Numbered from the stretch's first letter, positions 1 to 13,274 are shown. The stretch is DNA of 64,000 nt from Dicyema japonicum (GCA_011109175.1 RDEW01000100.1:26639-90638), one strand, 5' to 3'. Notes: generated from the sequence alone by a model not told the origin. Made by a program: numbers and translations.

Positions 1-419
1 GATCACAATGCTTGGGTGAAGATTCTGCCAGAATGTATCAGGATCAAGGAATTATTTAGTTTGGTTATAACTCTTGGTCATTGGAATAATTTTATTAATT
101 TAAGGATGAAAATTAGGAGAAAATGAGGTGGTTGCTAAATAAGGCTACTATGTTTTCTCTTTCTTAATTTAATAGTGATTCTTGATCTTTAAATAAAATA
201 AACCTTCAAAGTCTACCCGCAACTTGGGAGCGGATCGACAAAGGAGGTGTCGTCATTAACTGAGAAGGCTTTCGACTTTTGTGGAGAAAATAGAGATCAG
301 ACAGTCTGCATCCTGTCTACTATCTGCGGAAAATTACTATCTAAAGACAGAAATTTAAAACGTTTGAATTACATTATTATGCATTTCTAAGTACCAGAGT
401 GAATGACACGATATTCAGA

Positions 420-680
420 CGTGTCGGTCGAGGTTGCCGTTCCAGACAAGAGGTTTACCGGCTTCAAAAGGGAAGATTGTCACCCCATCTGGTCGTTTCT
501 CGTCTCGTCTACGAAGACCACTGGTTCGAGCATTAACGGATGTCCGATGGCGTCCAAAGCTCTCCTAACGACTAATCCTAAACAGTCGATCTGGTCTGCG
601 CATCAGCACGTATGTGGAACACATACTTTTAATCCCAGTCGTAATGATATCCCAATACGGACGCATTCATGGTTCTGGTA
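420..680 (-). mobile_element. CRE-like non-LTR retrotransposon C-terminal fragment (Zn knuckle + REL endonuclease), decayed
   Basis: Reverse strand reads ECVRIGISLRLGLKVCVPHTC and KRPDGVTIFPFEAGKPLVW, which match CRE-clade REL motifs. It is homologous to the copies at 38570-39661 and 47810-49730. Confidence 0.7.
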
Positions 681-900
681 AATTCATCGCCTATAAATTC
701 ATCCCCGGTAAATTCATCGTGGTAAATTCAAATCAAATATAAGAGAACGAAACAAGAGGTATGCTTTGCCATTATAGATATCGAAAGTCAAAGTAGGTTG
801 ATTGTTTATCCATGTAGCCTTTGTAACAGATAATTTATCCATATAGCTTTTGAAAAAAATTATTGTTCTCAAGGTCTTCACAAGAAGCGTCCTCACATAG
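675..900 (-). mobile_element. Possible MULE-type DNA transposon end with subterminal repeats
   Basis: Four imperfect GGTAAATTCATC units lie at about 678-720, next to a decayed frame ending in an EYL...AYLL-like sequence. No partner end was confirmed. Confidence 0.3.
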
Positions 901-2083
901 TCGTCGTATCGTCGAAAAGCATTCCAAATCTCGTGAAGGAGAACTGTTTGCTTAGGACATGAAGTTATTTCATACGATCAAGTTTTATCTTTACCATGTT
1001 TCCAAAGATTGAATCTTTAGACTTTTCAAGCATTTAATTTCGTAAATTTATCGATTGCACGGGAAGGCTTCATTATAAAATGAATTGGTTTTCTTTTAAT
1101 AAACATCATCATACCATCACACATTACACCATTAAAATGTATAATGCGTTAACGGGGAATTTAACGTTTTTTGATAAAATTATAGATGTTTAGTCCACAA
1201 AGTATAAAAAAAATCTATTCGACGTTTTTGAAGCTTGGGAGTAACATAGGCTTTCCTTCAATGGACTCTCTTCCTTTGAACGTTATGAAAATAAGGTTAT
1301 GGTTACTGGTAGTATCTTAGAACACTGTTAACTGGTTAGAGCGGCAATTTTTTACGAAGCGAGCGTAAGATCGAGCAAGGACGTACTTTGTACAAACTTT
1401 TTGTATTGAATATAGCGTTGTTTAATATCACTAGATTATCGGTTCGATGGTAAGTGGATTCTCCAGGCGTCTTTCAGCTGTTTTTTGAACCACATTAGTA
1501 CTCAATATGAACAAATTATTGATAAAGTCAACATCAAACAGTAAGAAACTGAATCAATTGGGGCAAGAACTGGGAGGGGGTCAATACATTGAAATATTAA
1601 ATTTTTGGTGAAATTTAAATTATGATGTATTCAACGGGATGGTGAAAGTGGATATGTACTTTTTCTTTGAAGGAAATATCTTTCCTGATAAGTGTGATGA
1701 CTACACCACAGCGACCAGAAGGGCGGGCAACTCGAACAATGTTGTACCTCGGGAAGACTGAAGTCGGAATGTAGCAATACAGTCTTGTTTTTTTAAGTAT
1801 AAAAAACGTCTGCGTCCTATTATTCCGAAGGTTTCTGAGCTCAAGAACCTTATACAGTTCATGTTTAATTGTAAAAGAACATGGGTTTTTGATGGCCCAC
1901 GGTTTGGTTTTATATTTTGCAGAGCATCAGTTGGACTTCAACAAAGTTGTGTGAAGCAGACTAGTAAGGCAGCCGTCGATGAAGGACAATCTACTTTGAT
2001 TAGAATAAATAAATAGTCATTTTCGTTTATGAAGTAGATTCCACAAATTGCGCCACCAGAAACGGATACCAGATGATGCGATT

Positions 2084-2379
2084 TTTTTTACAGCCTATTT
2101 CACGGAGCCGTGGTAATAGCTCCGCATAAGCAGGACACACATTTTATTTAAGTAAAGAACAGTTAATTTTAACTAATAGTAGAACCAAGGAATGATCTTC
2201 ACTTCTTTTTTTCTTTTTCTTGTGTGTGGGTCCTTTTCTAGACAATCAAGTTCCGCAGTGAGAGTCCACTGATGACGGCGTCACTCGTCAAGCCTTTTTA
2301 GCATCGTAGATGCGTGGAACCTTCCACCAGGTGAACAGCAGCGAGATTTGAACCCGTAACCACTATGCCACCCGGCTTA
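2084..2379 (-). mobile_element. tRNA-headed SINE with 16-bp target-site duplication
   Basis: ACCAGATGATGCGATT occurs at 2068-2083 and 2380-2395. The element has A-box (TAGTGGTTA) and B-box (GGTTCAAATC) like motifs, a 3' hairpin CGGAGC...GCTCCG and an A tail. Homologous copies occur elsewhere in the window. Confidence 0.85.
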
Positions 2380-2849
2380 ACCAGATGATGCGATTCTAAT
2401 CTCAATTTTGCAATTACGAGATAATAATGGTTATTATTACATTGTGACCTAATTTTTCTTTAACAAAATCAATAATTAGCATTATTTAGTTAAAATTTAA
2501 ATATTTAATTAAAAAATTACTCGACTAAATATATTTTTTATCAACGAATATACTTTGTTCATATTACTTTTATGCTCAAACATTTAATATTTTAAATTTT
2601 CCTCAAAATAAAGAAGAATCAATCAAATTTTTACAAGAAAATTTTTCCGCATAATAGAATTTGTAAAGAAGGTCACTTATGGTCCTTAGAGCAGAAAAGT
2701 GGTTTTTCTATAAGATAACTTTAAGGCAAGTAAAGTATACGATCTGGTATATCGACATATTGTATTTTTTAGTTAATTTAACAACCCAAGATTAGGTAAA
2801 ACCAAACTAATTATTACATGATCCCAATCCATTTCAACAGTGACCTTAT

Positions 2850-3560
2850 CTTAGCCCAGTGTTTTCCCTCGTTCCCGCGCATGATATCAGAGGACGACTG
2901 ACTCGTATAATCTAAGTTTCTCCTCTGTTATTTTGATTTCATTTTCGAAGCACGTAACAATTCGTCCACACTCACCCTTTTTAGAATTAGCAATCCATAT
3001 TGACTCAGCTTATGCCTGGTTTCCTCATCAAATCTTATATTCACCTTCTGTTAAGGAGTTGAAAAAGTCTGATGGAAATGCTACCTCAGTTTCGTCTCTA
3101 TTCCATCTTTCTACATTGCTCTTCACAGTTGATAGTGATAAATATTCGTATGTTTGTTCGCCAGATGATTTCATTCCCTTGGACTTCGTCAGACATCAAA
3201 ATCGCCCTGATTTGGACGTAAGGAACTTTTTGTCAAAGGTGCGTGTAATCATGGGGTATCCTCCACTTTTAATTCTCTTGTTACTTCTTTGAGCAGCCTC
3301 GACCACATCAGAGGGCCAAATGACAATCTCACTATACTTGATTGTATCAATAATTGCCTGTGAAGAAAGAATATTGACATGGCAATCTGGCTAAGACACC
3401 AGATTGGGAATTTGTACATCAGATTCTTGTGTTCCGAAAAACACAAAGACAACAAAATTTGCGTTAATAATGATTTATTTGTCGACTACATAGTAGATTG
3501 GTCTATTGGGAATGTTTCATTTTGCTCAGAGACAACAAACATTCACGTCACTAAACAAAT
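2850..3560 (-). mobile_element. Heavily decayed RTE-like LINE remnant
   Basis: Scattered motifs on the minus strand: DVNVCCL (APE-like), DVVEAAQRSNKRIKSGG (RT N-terminus-like), KLRLYESVVL. Many stops. Confidence 0.4.
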
Positions 3561-3590
3561 TCAAATATTTAATTAATATAAAGCCCCACT

Positions 3591-6500
3591 TTATTTAATA
3601 AACAATAAAAAAGTTAATATATTTATTAATCAACAACCTTCCTCGCCTGCCTGTTCGCCAGCCTCCTCAGGCAGGTTCGATTCTGGTTGCTGAAACAACT
3701 CCGAGAGCGCTTTGTCTAATTGAACCCTCTGCCCATATGGCATCTCAGGGCTCTGCCTCCTATACTCCAGTGTCAGGCTCTCTAGGGTCCGCTTTAACAC
3801 AGTGGACTGTAGATAGGCCTGGAGCTTCCTATCTACCCCCAACTGCTTCAGATAACCCTTGTGGTACTTTGTTGCAATTCCTTCCCACGTCATTACTATA
3901 GGAATAACGAGGACCTTGCAACCAAGCATCTGCCCCATCTCGTTTGCAAGAAAGTCATACTTCCTTTTTTTCTCCACCTCCACAGTCTGCAAACGGTCTT
4001 GAGACGTGATGCCAACCTCTATGATAAGGACTTGGCCAGACTCCTTATCGTGTACCACAATGTCCGGTTTATTGTGCTTGACTAGCACCGAGGTACGGAT
4101 AACACTGTCTACCTTAATTTGGACCCTGGTGTTCTCTACTACAGATTGCACCTTATGAGTCCGCAACTTTCTGGTGTGGCGAATACCATACTTATTGCAT
4201 AGTAGAAGATGAAGACTCCTTACTACCTCGTTGTGCCTCCACACATAGTCGTGGCAGAGCATGGATCCACATCGAGTGGCTAAATGATCAACCGACATGC
4301 TCCTTGACTTACAGTGGGGACATGTATTTGTTGATCGACCCCAAAAAATATTGCGGTCTTGCATATACGTGTACAACGCCTCCGATCGAGGTGAGTTGTC
4401 ACCGTATTTTAGCCATATTGTCGACGACTTAAGGTCGACATGTGGGTTGTCCAATGCTCTGAAGAGGACCTTATGAAGGCTTTTTAAGTTGATCTTTTCC
4501 ATCAAATTATTATATTGTAATTCGATCAACGCCTTCACATTTACTAGCCCACCATCATCAACACCATACTTAGCAGACAAAAAAGGTCTGATAGTGCCTA
4601 GGTGGGTTGCCCGTGTTTTCTCGGTCGTTATTATGGCGTGCTTCCTAGCAGACACACTTGACCCAGCTATCAGGGTGTCGTGCATTCGCATTAGGATGCG
4701 CTCACTTAGTTGGACTACTCCACACAGTCCACGGCCGAATTTATCACGGGGTAAATATAGTCTCTCCTTATTGGCTGCCAACACATGGACATGGTTCTCT
4801 CTGAGTACTCCACGGATCATAACATCCATCTCATCATACTCTTTGGGCTCAAACTCCACAACACCTATGTAGTAGTTTAGCAGCGAGACAGCATACTCAT
4901 TTAATGCTAGGAACAAATTCCTTGCATTTAGAGACGTCTTACACAATAACGCTGCTCTTTTACGGATGCCTTCAGTAATTTGTCGCTTTGTCTCAGGCAT
5001 TATAAGGGACTTTGGAGATTCGGTAACACCCAGATACTTATATCCTTCGTGTTCCTCTAGGACTCTTACTAACTCGCTACATACTTGCGTGTTAGTCGCA
5101 GACTTTGAATAATTCAAATCTAGCCCTATACTCTCAAAGAATTCCCTGGCACAGACCCCCATGGAGTAGAGCTCCTCGGCTGTTCGAGCATACATCTTCA
5201 AGTCATCGATAAAAAGAAGGTGATTTGTACTGAAACAGACCCCTTCACAATGAACTGGTATTTGCTCAAACCGGTCATTGAGGCGGCGACTCAATGGCTC
5301 CAAACAGAGAACAAAGAGTAGCGGAGACATGCTATCCCCCTGAAGGATCCCCCTCTTGAGTTTTACCTCGCCTATCCGGTGCCTATTATAGTTCAGATGA
5401 ATACTCCACCTATTCATCACAGCCACTACAAAGCTGATGAACCACACAGGCATACACAGACTGTGTAGGCACTCGACAAGGTAAGAATGATCAACTGAAT
5501 CGTAAGCCTTCTTCACATCCACCCACATAGACAAAAGTGAGTTTCCGTGAGACACAGAAAGGCATTTGTTGATCAAAGGCCTGCTCTTTTGCCCCCTGAC
5601 AATTTCGCACAGTTCCCAACTGATTCTCGGAGAGAATCCCATTTGCGTCTACAAAGCTCCTGACCTCATTAGCCACAATTTGGTCATCAGCTTATACAGG
5701 GTTGGCATGCAGGTTATCGGTCGATAATCTGCAGCAGACTGGGGGTTGTCCAGCTTTGGGATCAAATAAGTTGTCCCTGTGCATGCCCAATCAGGAATCG
5801 TTTCCGGGTTAGTGATGCTTTTCTGTAATACACGACACATAGACTCGTGTAATGAAGTGCATCTTTTGATAAAGAAATTATAAACTTTATCGACCCCGGT
5901 CGTCTTCCAATCAGGGAGATGTCTCACTACCGCCTCAAATTTCTTGCGAAAATCGAAAATTCCGCAAGATTCCGCCAAGAAAGGAGCGGCGCTGTACGGG
6001 ACATTCCACGCATTTCCTCTGCGTGGTTTAGCCTCCCACATACTACCCCATGTGGAAAGCATTTCCGCGTCCTGCTGGGAACATACACTATGGCCATTTT
6101 CGTGTAGGCGACGGTAAAACAATCTGCGATTAAACTCAAACAGATTATTTTCTCTCCTTCTCTTACACCGACTTTCATGTGTATAGAGTTTCCTCTTATA
6201 CACCATTATTGCCCCCTCTAACTCCACCTTTGCCCTCCTCAACTCTTTGAGGTCCCATTTGGGAACACGGAGTTTACTAATTAGCCCCTTTACTATAGCC
6301 GGTGCTTTTCCTCTAACCCCTCTCGCCACACTACTTATGTGCCCCTCCAGTGCTTCCAGCTCAGTCTGTCTCCAAGCAATCTTGGCACAGATCTGCTCCC
6401 TCCATTTACTGGGTGGTCTGGGCTTGTCCGTCAATTCCTCATAGGTGATCTGTGCTGCATACAGCACTAGGGAGATGTCACCCAATGACCCTACTGGCTT

Positions 6501-7041
6501 AGCCTCCACCGCATAAGCCACAGCCTTATTGATGCAGGTTAACACTCCACCGTTAACCTTACAATGAGGAATCTTGCGGGTAAATCTACGGTCCTCAAGT
6601 GGGACATCTGCCGCTGCAGCGAGATTCCGCGCAAAGACCTCATAAACATGCTTGAGCTGCAACGTATCACAGCTCTGGTGCTCGTGCTCTCTTTGACAGT
6701 TGTGGTCACCTGGTCCCCGCCCCTTTAGACCAGTACCCTCTTTGCCTACAGCCATCTTCTTGAGTTCACTCACAGATATAGCAGTACTGAATCTGCCACT
6801 GCAGAGCTCCGCCAAGTATGGCCATCCATTCCAGGGCATTCGAGATAGCCTGCTACGTACCTGCAGGACTACCTGCCTCGCCCATTCTTTTGGGTCATCT
6901 GCCACAACGCTCTCGGATATGGCAAGAATTACATTCATACCATCAGGTAACGCAAGTGACCCTTCTCCTTTTTTCCTTTCAACATTTTTGCCAACTCGAG
7001 AGAGTTTTAACGCCACCGAATCGAACGCACGTTGCATGTTT
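3591..7041 (-). mobile_element. R4/Dong-like non-LTR retrotransposon (RT + CCHC + REL), near full length, two frameshifts near 5580 and 5675
   Basis: ORFs 5649-7037 and 3630-5642 join through 5491-5676. Motifs: RRENNLFEFNRRLFYRRL, DVKKAYDSV, RGILQGDSMSP, LLFIDDLKMY, CPHC...HLATRC, KPDIVV...IIEVG...KKRKY. The 5' end runs into an N gap. Confidence 0.92.
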
Positions 7042-7176
7042 NNNNNNNNNNNNNNNNNNNNNNNNNNNNNNNNNNNNNNNNNNNNNNNNNNNNNNNNNNN
7101 NNNNNNNNNNNNNNNNNNNNNNNNNNNNNNNNNNNNNNNNNNNNNNNNNNNNNNNNNNNNNNNNNNNNNNNNNNNN
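7042..7176. other. Assembly gap (N run)
   Basis: Run of N characters. Confidence 1.
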
Positions 7177-7189
7177 TTATTTAAAGCAC

Positions 7190-8700
7190 TCCCGAGAAGT
7201 CATAAAATTAATCAAGCCTCCCTTGTGCCGTATTTCTAGCCATCCTCTCTATCAGCCTTTTCCAGGACCCTCTACTTCGTGCCAGTTCCCTTAAGGTATC
7301 TAGGTCGTCTGCGGAAGTGAGCTTCAGTCCCACAGCCGACAGGTCTCCATTCAAAATAGTTGGGAGTGTGACTCTTGGTCTTCCACGGAAACCGGCTCCC
7401 GTATGCATTAGGTAGTTTTCCATGGCGATATTCGCGGGTACTTGAGCATTTAGACGTAAGATATGTCCAAAGAGACTCCATCTTGATCTGAAGATCTCCT
7501 CGGATAGTATACCAGATTTGCACTTCGAGTAGAGGTCATTGTTTGAGATCTTCTTAGGCCACTTGATCTTGATTACTGATTTCAATTGTGTCCTGTGGAA
7601 AGCGTCAAGACGGTCCATCTCTTGTTTAGAGATTCCCCAAGTGCCTGAATTGTAGGTCAGGACGGGGATGACAAAAGCCTTATATATTCTGAGTTTGGTG
7701 TTTAATCCCATCCTCTTCTTATGACCCCACATATTCGATACTTTCTTTAGTGCACACATTGCGAGGATTTTCCTCCGAGAAACATCTTCTGAGTCCCCGA
7801 GAAGCGAACCCACCTTCTTTTGCTTTCTCCAAGACTCGTCCGATCTTCGATCATTGCGTGTAAGTGTTGTGAACTCTGTTTTATCGGTGTTAACGGTTAA
7901 GAACCATTTCGAGAATACGTGTGGAAGAACGTTAAGCATGTGTTGAAGTACTTGAATATCCTCAGAAACAAAGTCCAGGTCGTCCGCGTAGATTATCTCG
8001 TTATAATTGTTGCCAACCAGGGGTCTGAACTCTCTTAGTGCGGCCTCAAGGTAGACAATAAAGAGGACCGGGGATAGTGAGTCCCCCTGTGGAACTCCAC
8101 GTGAGGTCGAAAAAAAGTTAGAGGTAGAGTCACCAATTTTGACGGCAAGTTGAGTGTTCCGCATGAGTAAGTGTATTATTTTGACATCGTCAGGCAGTAG
8201 AAAACTCTCCAACACTTCCATAAGTTTTCCACGGTCCACCGAGTCGAACGCACGGGACATGTCGATACCAAGTATCTCAATAGATTTTTTGTATTTTTGG
8301 CACAGGGCACAATACCACCTGTGCCCCCATACCACGTCAGCCGTGGACCTGCCCGTCCGGAATCCACTTTGGCCGTCCGAAAGAAATATGTTCACCCTCT
8401 CCTTTATTCGGTTTAAAGCAATGAGGGATAATGTTTTTCGTATGGAGGTTAGGAGTATAATAGGTCTGAAGTTGTGAGGGGGCCTTTACTTTTTCCCGGT
8501 TTTTGTAGTGGAATTAGCCACCCTTTTCCCAGTTCCAGTTCATCTGCACCCTCGAGAGACCGGTTGAAAATGTTAGTAATCATTTCAATTAGCTCCTCCG
8601 GGCCGTATTGTAAAAGTTCTGCAGTAATGAAGTCTGGTCCGGCAGATCTTCCGGTATTTAATTTTTAATAGCTTGTGAGTTCGGATTGGTAATAGGGCTA
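7190..8700 (-). mobile_element. RTE-clade LINE, RT and C-terminal part (5'-truncated)
   Basis: ORF 7208-8395 has QSGFRTGRST, GIDMSRAFDSV, GVPQGDSLSP, IYADDLDF, RWSLFGHILR and GRPRVTLP. Upstream SAGPDFITAELLQYG lies in a shifted frame. Confidence 0.9.
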
Positions 8701-8719
8701 NTAGTTAAATCATCTTCCA

Positions 8720-9515
8720 AAGTCGGATGGTCCTCTTCGTTGTCTGCGTTGAAGCTCCACTAAGAGAGTTTAGGCCCCTGGCTGGAAACAAGTATGACGA
8801 GATAATTTATGCGGGCGATCTGGAGTTTGTTTCTGAGGATACTCAAACACTTCAGTACAACTTCAACGTACTCCCACATATTTTCGAAATGGTTCTTATC
8901 TGTAAATCCCGACAAAACGGAGTTTACAACGCTTATACATACTGACCGGAGATCGGACGAGTCATGGAGAAGGCAAAAGAAGGTGGGCTCAATTCTAGGA
9001 AATTCTAAAGATGTCTGTCATTCGTTGGAAGATCCTTGCTATGAGTGCACTGAAAAAAATATCGTAGGATAGGATTAGACACCAGGCTTAGAATATGCAA
9101 AGTTTTTGTCATCTCAGTACTAACCCAAAACTATGGGACTTGGGGAATCTCGGAAATGGACAGCCTTGACTCTTTCCACAGAGCTCAGCTCAAATCGGTA
9201 ATCAAGATCAACTGCCTATGAAGATCTCTAATGCAAACCTTTATACTAAATGCAAATCCGATTTGCTGTCAGATGACATTTCCAAGATGGAGCCTCTTTG
9301 GCCACGTGTTACGTCTAAATGACCAGGTCCTCCACAAATGTCGCAATGGACAACTACTTCCCACCACAGGAGCCGGATTCCGTGGAAAACCAAGAACGAC
9401 ACTTCCGACTATCTTGAATGAAGACCTATCGGCTGTTGGTATAAGACTAACTTCGGCGGACTACCTAAGAGAACAGCGCGCAACAGAAGATCATGGTCGA
9501 GGCTGACGGAGAGGA
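8720..9515 (+). mobile_element. Degenerate RTE copy, inverted relative to 7190-8070
   Basis: Clear nucleotide homology to the reverse complement of about 7230-8070 (EAPLREFRPL, IIYAGDLEF, RWSLFGHVLR), with many stops and frameshifts. Confidence 0.85.
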
Positions 9516-9689
9516 TGATTCGGAATATGTCACAAGACAAAGAATGTAGTCAATCTGGTTGTATATTCGGATTGTGTTGCCTGATTTGTCTATTCTGGTG
9601 CCAACCCAAGTGGTCTTGTGTCTTGAAACAAGTATTGCATAAGAGTAGGTTGAACGCCGTGAAAAATTGTATCAATGACTCTCAAGGAA

Positions 9690-10160
9690 GGTTGCGACGA
9701 TTTCTTCCATGTGCTTCAATGCACGGTTCCCCTGGTTTGGCTTTTGCGTTTCAGTCCCCGGCGACAAGAAGAGTGTAAGAGGTCGAAAGCGAGTTGCATA
9801 CACTCGTGAGAGTAGAGTAAAATGCGTCCAGCTCTTCGATATTTGTTGAGACTCGCTCTCCGGTTGGGCATACACATTTATAGTTGATTTTATTTCCGCA
9901 ATTGATTTGCAGCACTCTGACACGGTCAGATGCTGCCCACACTCTTGTAACACAGTGAATCAGGTCCCGATGAACTGGAAATCGGAGACCATAATATTGG
10001 CAGGTCGATGAGATGGTAAAAAGGTGGAATTTGCCAACAGTTCTGTACATTGTAGGGTCGTTTTTGTCTCTTGTAGACAGCAGACAGAGATGTTGTATTT
10101 TGTTAGACCACATGCCAGTTGTTGTTTCTTGTAAAGTTGTTTAAGTCCTCTGCAATTGAA
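9690..10160 (-). mobile_element. RTE-like APE endonuclease fragment, decayed
   Basis: Minus strand gives TFNCRGL, VCCLQETK-like, TINVYAQ and LLVAGD motifs. Confidence 0.65.
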
Positions 10161-10302
10161 AGTTCCCAGAGTGGACAGAGAAGTGCAATGGAGATGTCGT
10201 CACCACCTCAACCAAAATATCCAATCATATTTGTAAATCTCAATATCAGGAAAATAGTTTTTCTATTTTTCCTCCTAAATATTCAGATGATCGTATAATA
10301 AC

Positions 10303-12484
10303 TAGGGCGATTTTTGTCAATAAAGTCAAAAATTGATATGTTCTTTAAAATTGTTTAAAACTTATAATAATGTACTTTTTAATCAAAAATATTATATCAA
10401 AAGCTACCCGTAAATGCTGGGCAGCGCGTAGGTGTTGGAGTGTGGTCACGTCCCGTGATACAAAATCCACATCATCCGCATAAGATGTCTCTTCTATGTC
10501 TCCTATATAGCATTTACGGAGGTCGCGGAGTGCAGATTCAAGGTATATGGTGAATAGTAAAGGGGAGAGGGAATCACCCTGGGGTGTCCCAATCGTTGTT
10601 TTGAAACTGCGGGAAGTTGCTCCTTCTGTCCTCACAGATAGTCTTGTGTTCGCAAGTAGTAGTCTGATTATCCTAACCGACGATTCATCCAATATTTGCT
10701 CAAGCACATTCATCAGTTTCTGTCTGTTTATTGAGTCGAAAGCTCTGGAGAGATCTATTCCCAACACGGTCGTTGCGCTCTTGAATCTTTGGTGCGTTGC
10801 GCAGCGCCATCTGTGGCTCCATACAATGTCTGCCGTAGACCTCCCTTCTCGGAACCCACTTTGACTTGCTGGTAGGTATAGATTCGCCATACCCTTTATC
10901 CGGCTTAGTGCAATGTTTGCCAGCACCTTGCGTATCGAATTCAGAAGTATTATCGGGCGGAGATTTTCTACTGGTCCTTTTGATTTGTTCGGTTTTTGTA
11001 TGGGTATTAATAATCCATTTCCAAGTCCTAGATCGGTATTAGTTTCAAAGACGGCATTTAGGGTTTTTGCAATTGTGTCGCTAAGTTTTTTTGGCCCATA
11101 TTTTAGGAGCTCAGGGCTTATGTTGTCCGGCCCAGCACTCTTGTTGTTCTTCAGTTTATTTATCGCTAATTCCACCTCTTCCACTGTGATTGGGATTTTT
11201 AGCGCCTTTGCTTCTCCTTGGAAAGGGGGAAAGTCATTATTTTCTTTATTCAACAGTGTTTCGAAGTGTCGTGCAATCAATTCTGCTTTTTCTTTCGGGT
11301 TACCCACGAATTCTATGTGAAGGATGTTTTGTCCTTTCTTTGTCCGCAGCAGCCGCAAAGCCGCATGTTCTTTAAAATTGTTTAAAACATATAAAAATGT
11401 AGTTTTTAATCAAAATTTATATCAAAAGATATAAAGTCAAAAAAGGTCAAAGTTTAATTTTTATGGGTCGATAAAGTCAAAATTTTATTTATTTGATTTT
11501 TTTAATTTTCGAGTTTTTACTCGCGTGGAATCAATTATCATCATTCACTGTCATGCTGCGTTCAATCTAGATTCTAGAATGACAAAAAAGAATAAGTCTG
11601 TTGTTTATCTGAATTTTATTGAAATCTCCTTTGTAATTTATTTGAGACATTTGTAACTGAAAAAAACAATTTTTTATTGAATCACATCGATCGTCTAAGA
11701 AGCATATCAAATTAGCATTTATTATTTTTATTACTATTTTACAGGTATACTATAATACTAACTTATTTTCTCGTCCCATCTGTCGACACATGGGTCGATG
11801 AAGTCACTAAGGCTCTTGTCGAATCCGATATTCCCTTGCATAAGTTGAACAGTAAAAGCTTACGAGACTTGTTTGAGAGTATTGGACATAATCTTCCCTC
11901 TACTTACGATTGCCGAAAAAGTGTAAAAAATTTATGCAGCTTGACAGAATTAAACTATTTTTGAGGTTTTATTGTCATTTATTATAGATCTGAAAAAAAA
12001 TTTCTTGATTAACGAAACTGATATCCGGGGACGGAAATATGTCAATACACTTGTTGGAAGATTTTCAGATCCCAAGAAAATATTTTTAAAATCTTGTAGT
12101 CCATTGTCTTCTGCGGCAAACTCGTCGATTGTCTGTCAGATAATTGACGATATGCAAAGGGATTTTGCGATAGATCGCGATAATTTTGTATTAATGGTAT
12201 CGGATGCAGAGACATGGTAGCTACGCACAAGTAATGAAGGTTTATACAAGAATTTGAATCATGTAACGTATTCAAGCGGTTTGTCAAAACGAACTAAGTA
12301 CAAATTCATCATCATATTATGCCAATATGAAGGTATATGTGAAATGATGAAGAAGGCAGATGAAACATATTTCACTAGAAAACGCTAAAGTCAAAAAAAT
12401 CAAAATTTTGAAATTTTAAAGTCAATAAAGTCAATTTTTAGGTCAAAATTTCCGATTTATAAGGTCAAAATAAAAATCGCCCTA
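10303..12484 (+). mobile_element. hAT-like DNA transposon remnant (DUF659/CGGBP-like transposase) carrying a nested RTE fragment
   Basis: Inverted ends TAGGGCGATTTT (10303) and AAAATCGCCCTA (ending 12484), with many TAAAGTCAAAA subterminal repeats. Decayed frame: ESDIPLHKL...NETDIRGRKYVNTLVG...MVSDAE...LNHVT. No clean 8-bp TSD. Confidence 0.7.
10427..11364 (-). mobile_element. Internal RT fragment of RTE family B
   Basis: ORF 10345-11358 (KSAGPDNI, GIDLSRAFDS, PQGDSLSP, YADDVDF) is nearly identical to about 28210-29140 but is truncated at both ends. Confidence 0.9.
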
Positions 12485-12828
12485 AAATAATGACTTATCA
12501 ATTAACAAATTGCAATACTCGGAATATCCTTCACATAAAAACAATTCATACATTTCATGTCTTAGTTCATAGAATCGATATAAACTTTCCCCTTGAAATC
12601 CAATGAATTTCAGAATGCATTAATAGATCTACTGAATATTTTAATCCCATTTCTGAACAAATTTTTGAAAAAATCCTTGATTTCAATGCACGATTTCTTG
12701 AAAAAATTGACCATTTTAACAGTTTGATAAAGTATCATCACAAATAAGACATTTTGGAATTTGTTTTTTATTGCAACAATAAAATCACGGAGACAAATAA
12801 GAAATTTATTGAAATTTGAATAACCATT

Positions 12829-13191
12829 CGAGACGCCTCAAGAGAGGATGAAAGATCGTCCGAGGTGGATCACAGTCAAAAGGACTTAAACAACCTAATA
12901 AAATACTATGTGAAAATATCCCATAAAGACCATAAGAATTGGCTGTCTCTTGGAATATCTCAGTAACCTTTAATTCAATTTATGCTTAGCTGGAGAGCCG
13001 TAAAGTGCTTTTCTCTTCGATGGACTGAGGATTTCCTCCGGGAAGGTTCGATCTTCCGCAAAATGCATCGCCCGGGAACGAGAATGTCCCCAGGAGGATG
13101 GGGTCTATCGGTCCTTTTTCGGTGGCCATTAGGTGCCCCCTGGCCGGTTCTAAATCCTTTTAATTTGGTAGACCACATAACGCAACACTAA
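12829..13191 (+). CDS. Putative 3' exons of an unknown host gene
   Basis: Two open frames are joined by a 27-nt GT-AG intron-like segment at 12963-12989 of the same type as the host micro-introns. I recognised no homology. Confidence 0.25.
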
Positions 13192-13274
13192 GGATAAAAT
13201 TTACTGTAGTAATTTCAGTTTCTCAAAAATAGTTATATTTATAATATCTATTAATAAAAGAAAATATTAAATTA

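Noticed and set aside
678-720. Short repeated units as a CRISPR array
   Set aside because: The 12-15 bp imperfect units have no unique spacers and no cas genes. They fit transposon subterminal repeats better.
2269-2300. CTGATGAC in the SINE core as a retrozyme hammerhead
   Set aside because: It lies on the strand opposite the Pol III head and lacks the downstream GAAA.
5491-5676. Programmed frameshifting in the R4/Dong-like element
   Set aside because: Copy 2 lacks the shift near 5580 but has a different one near 44515. Single-base indels in short runs are widespread here, so error or decay is more likely.
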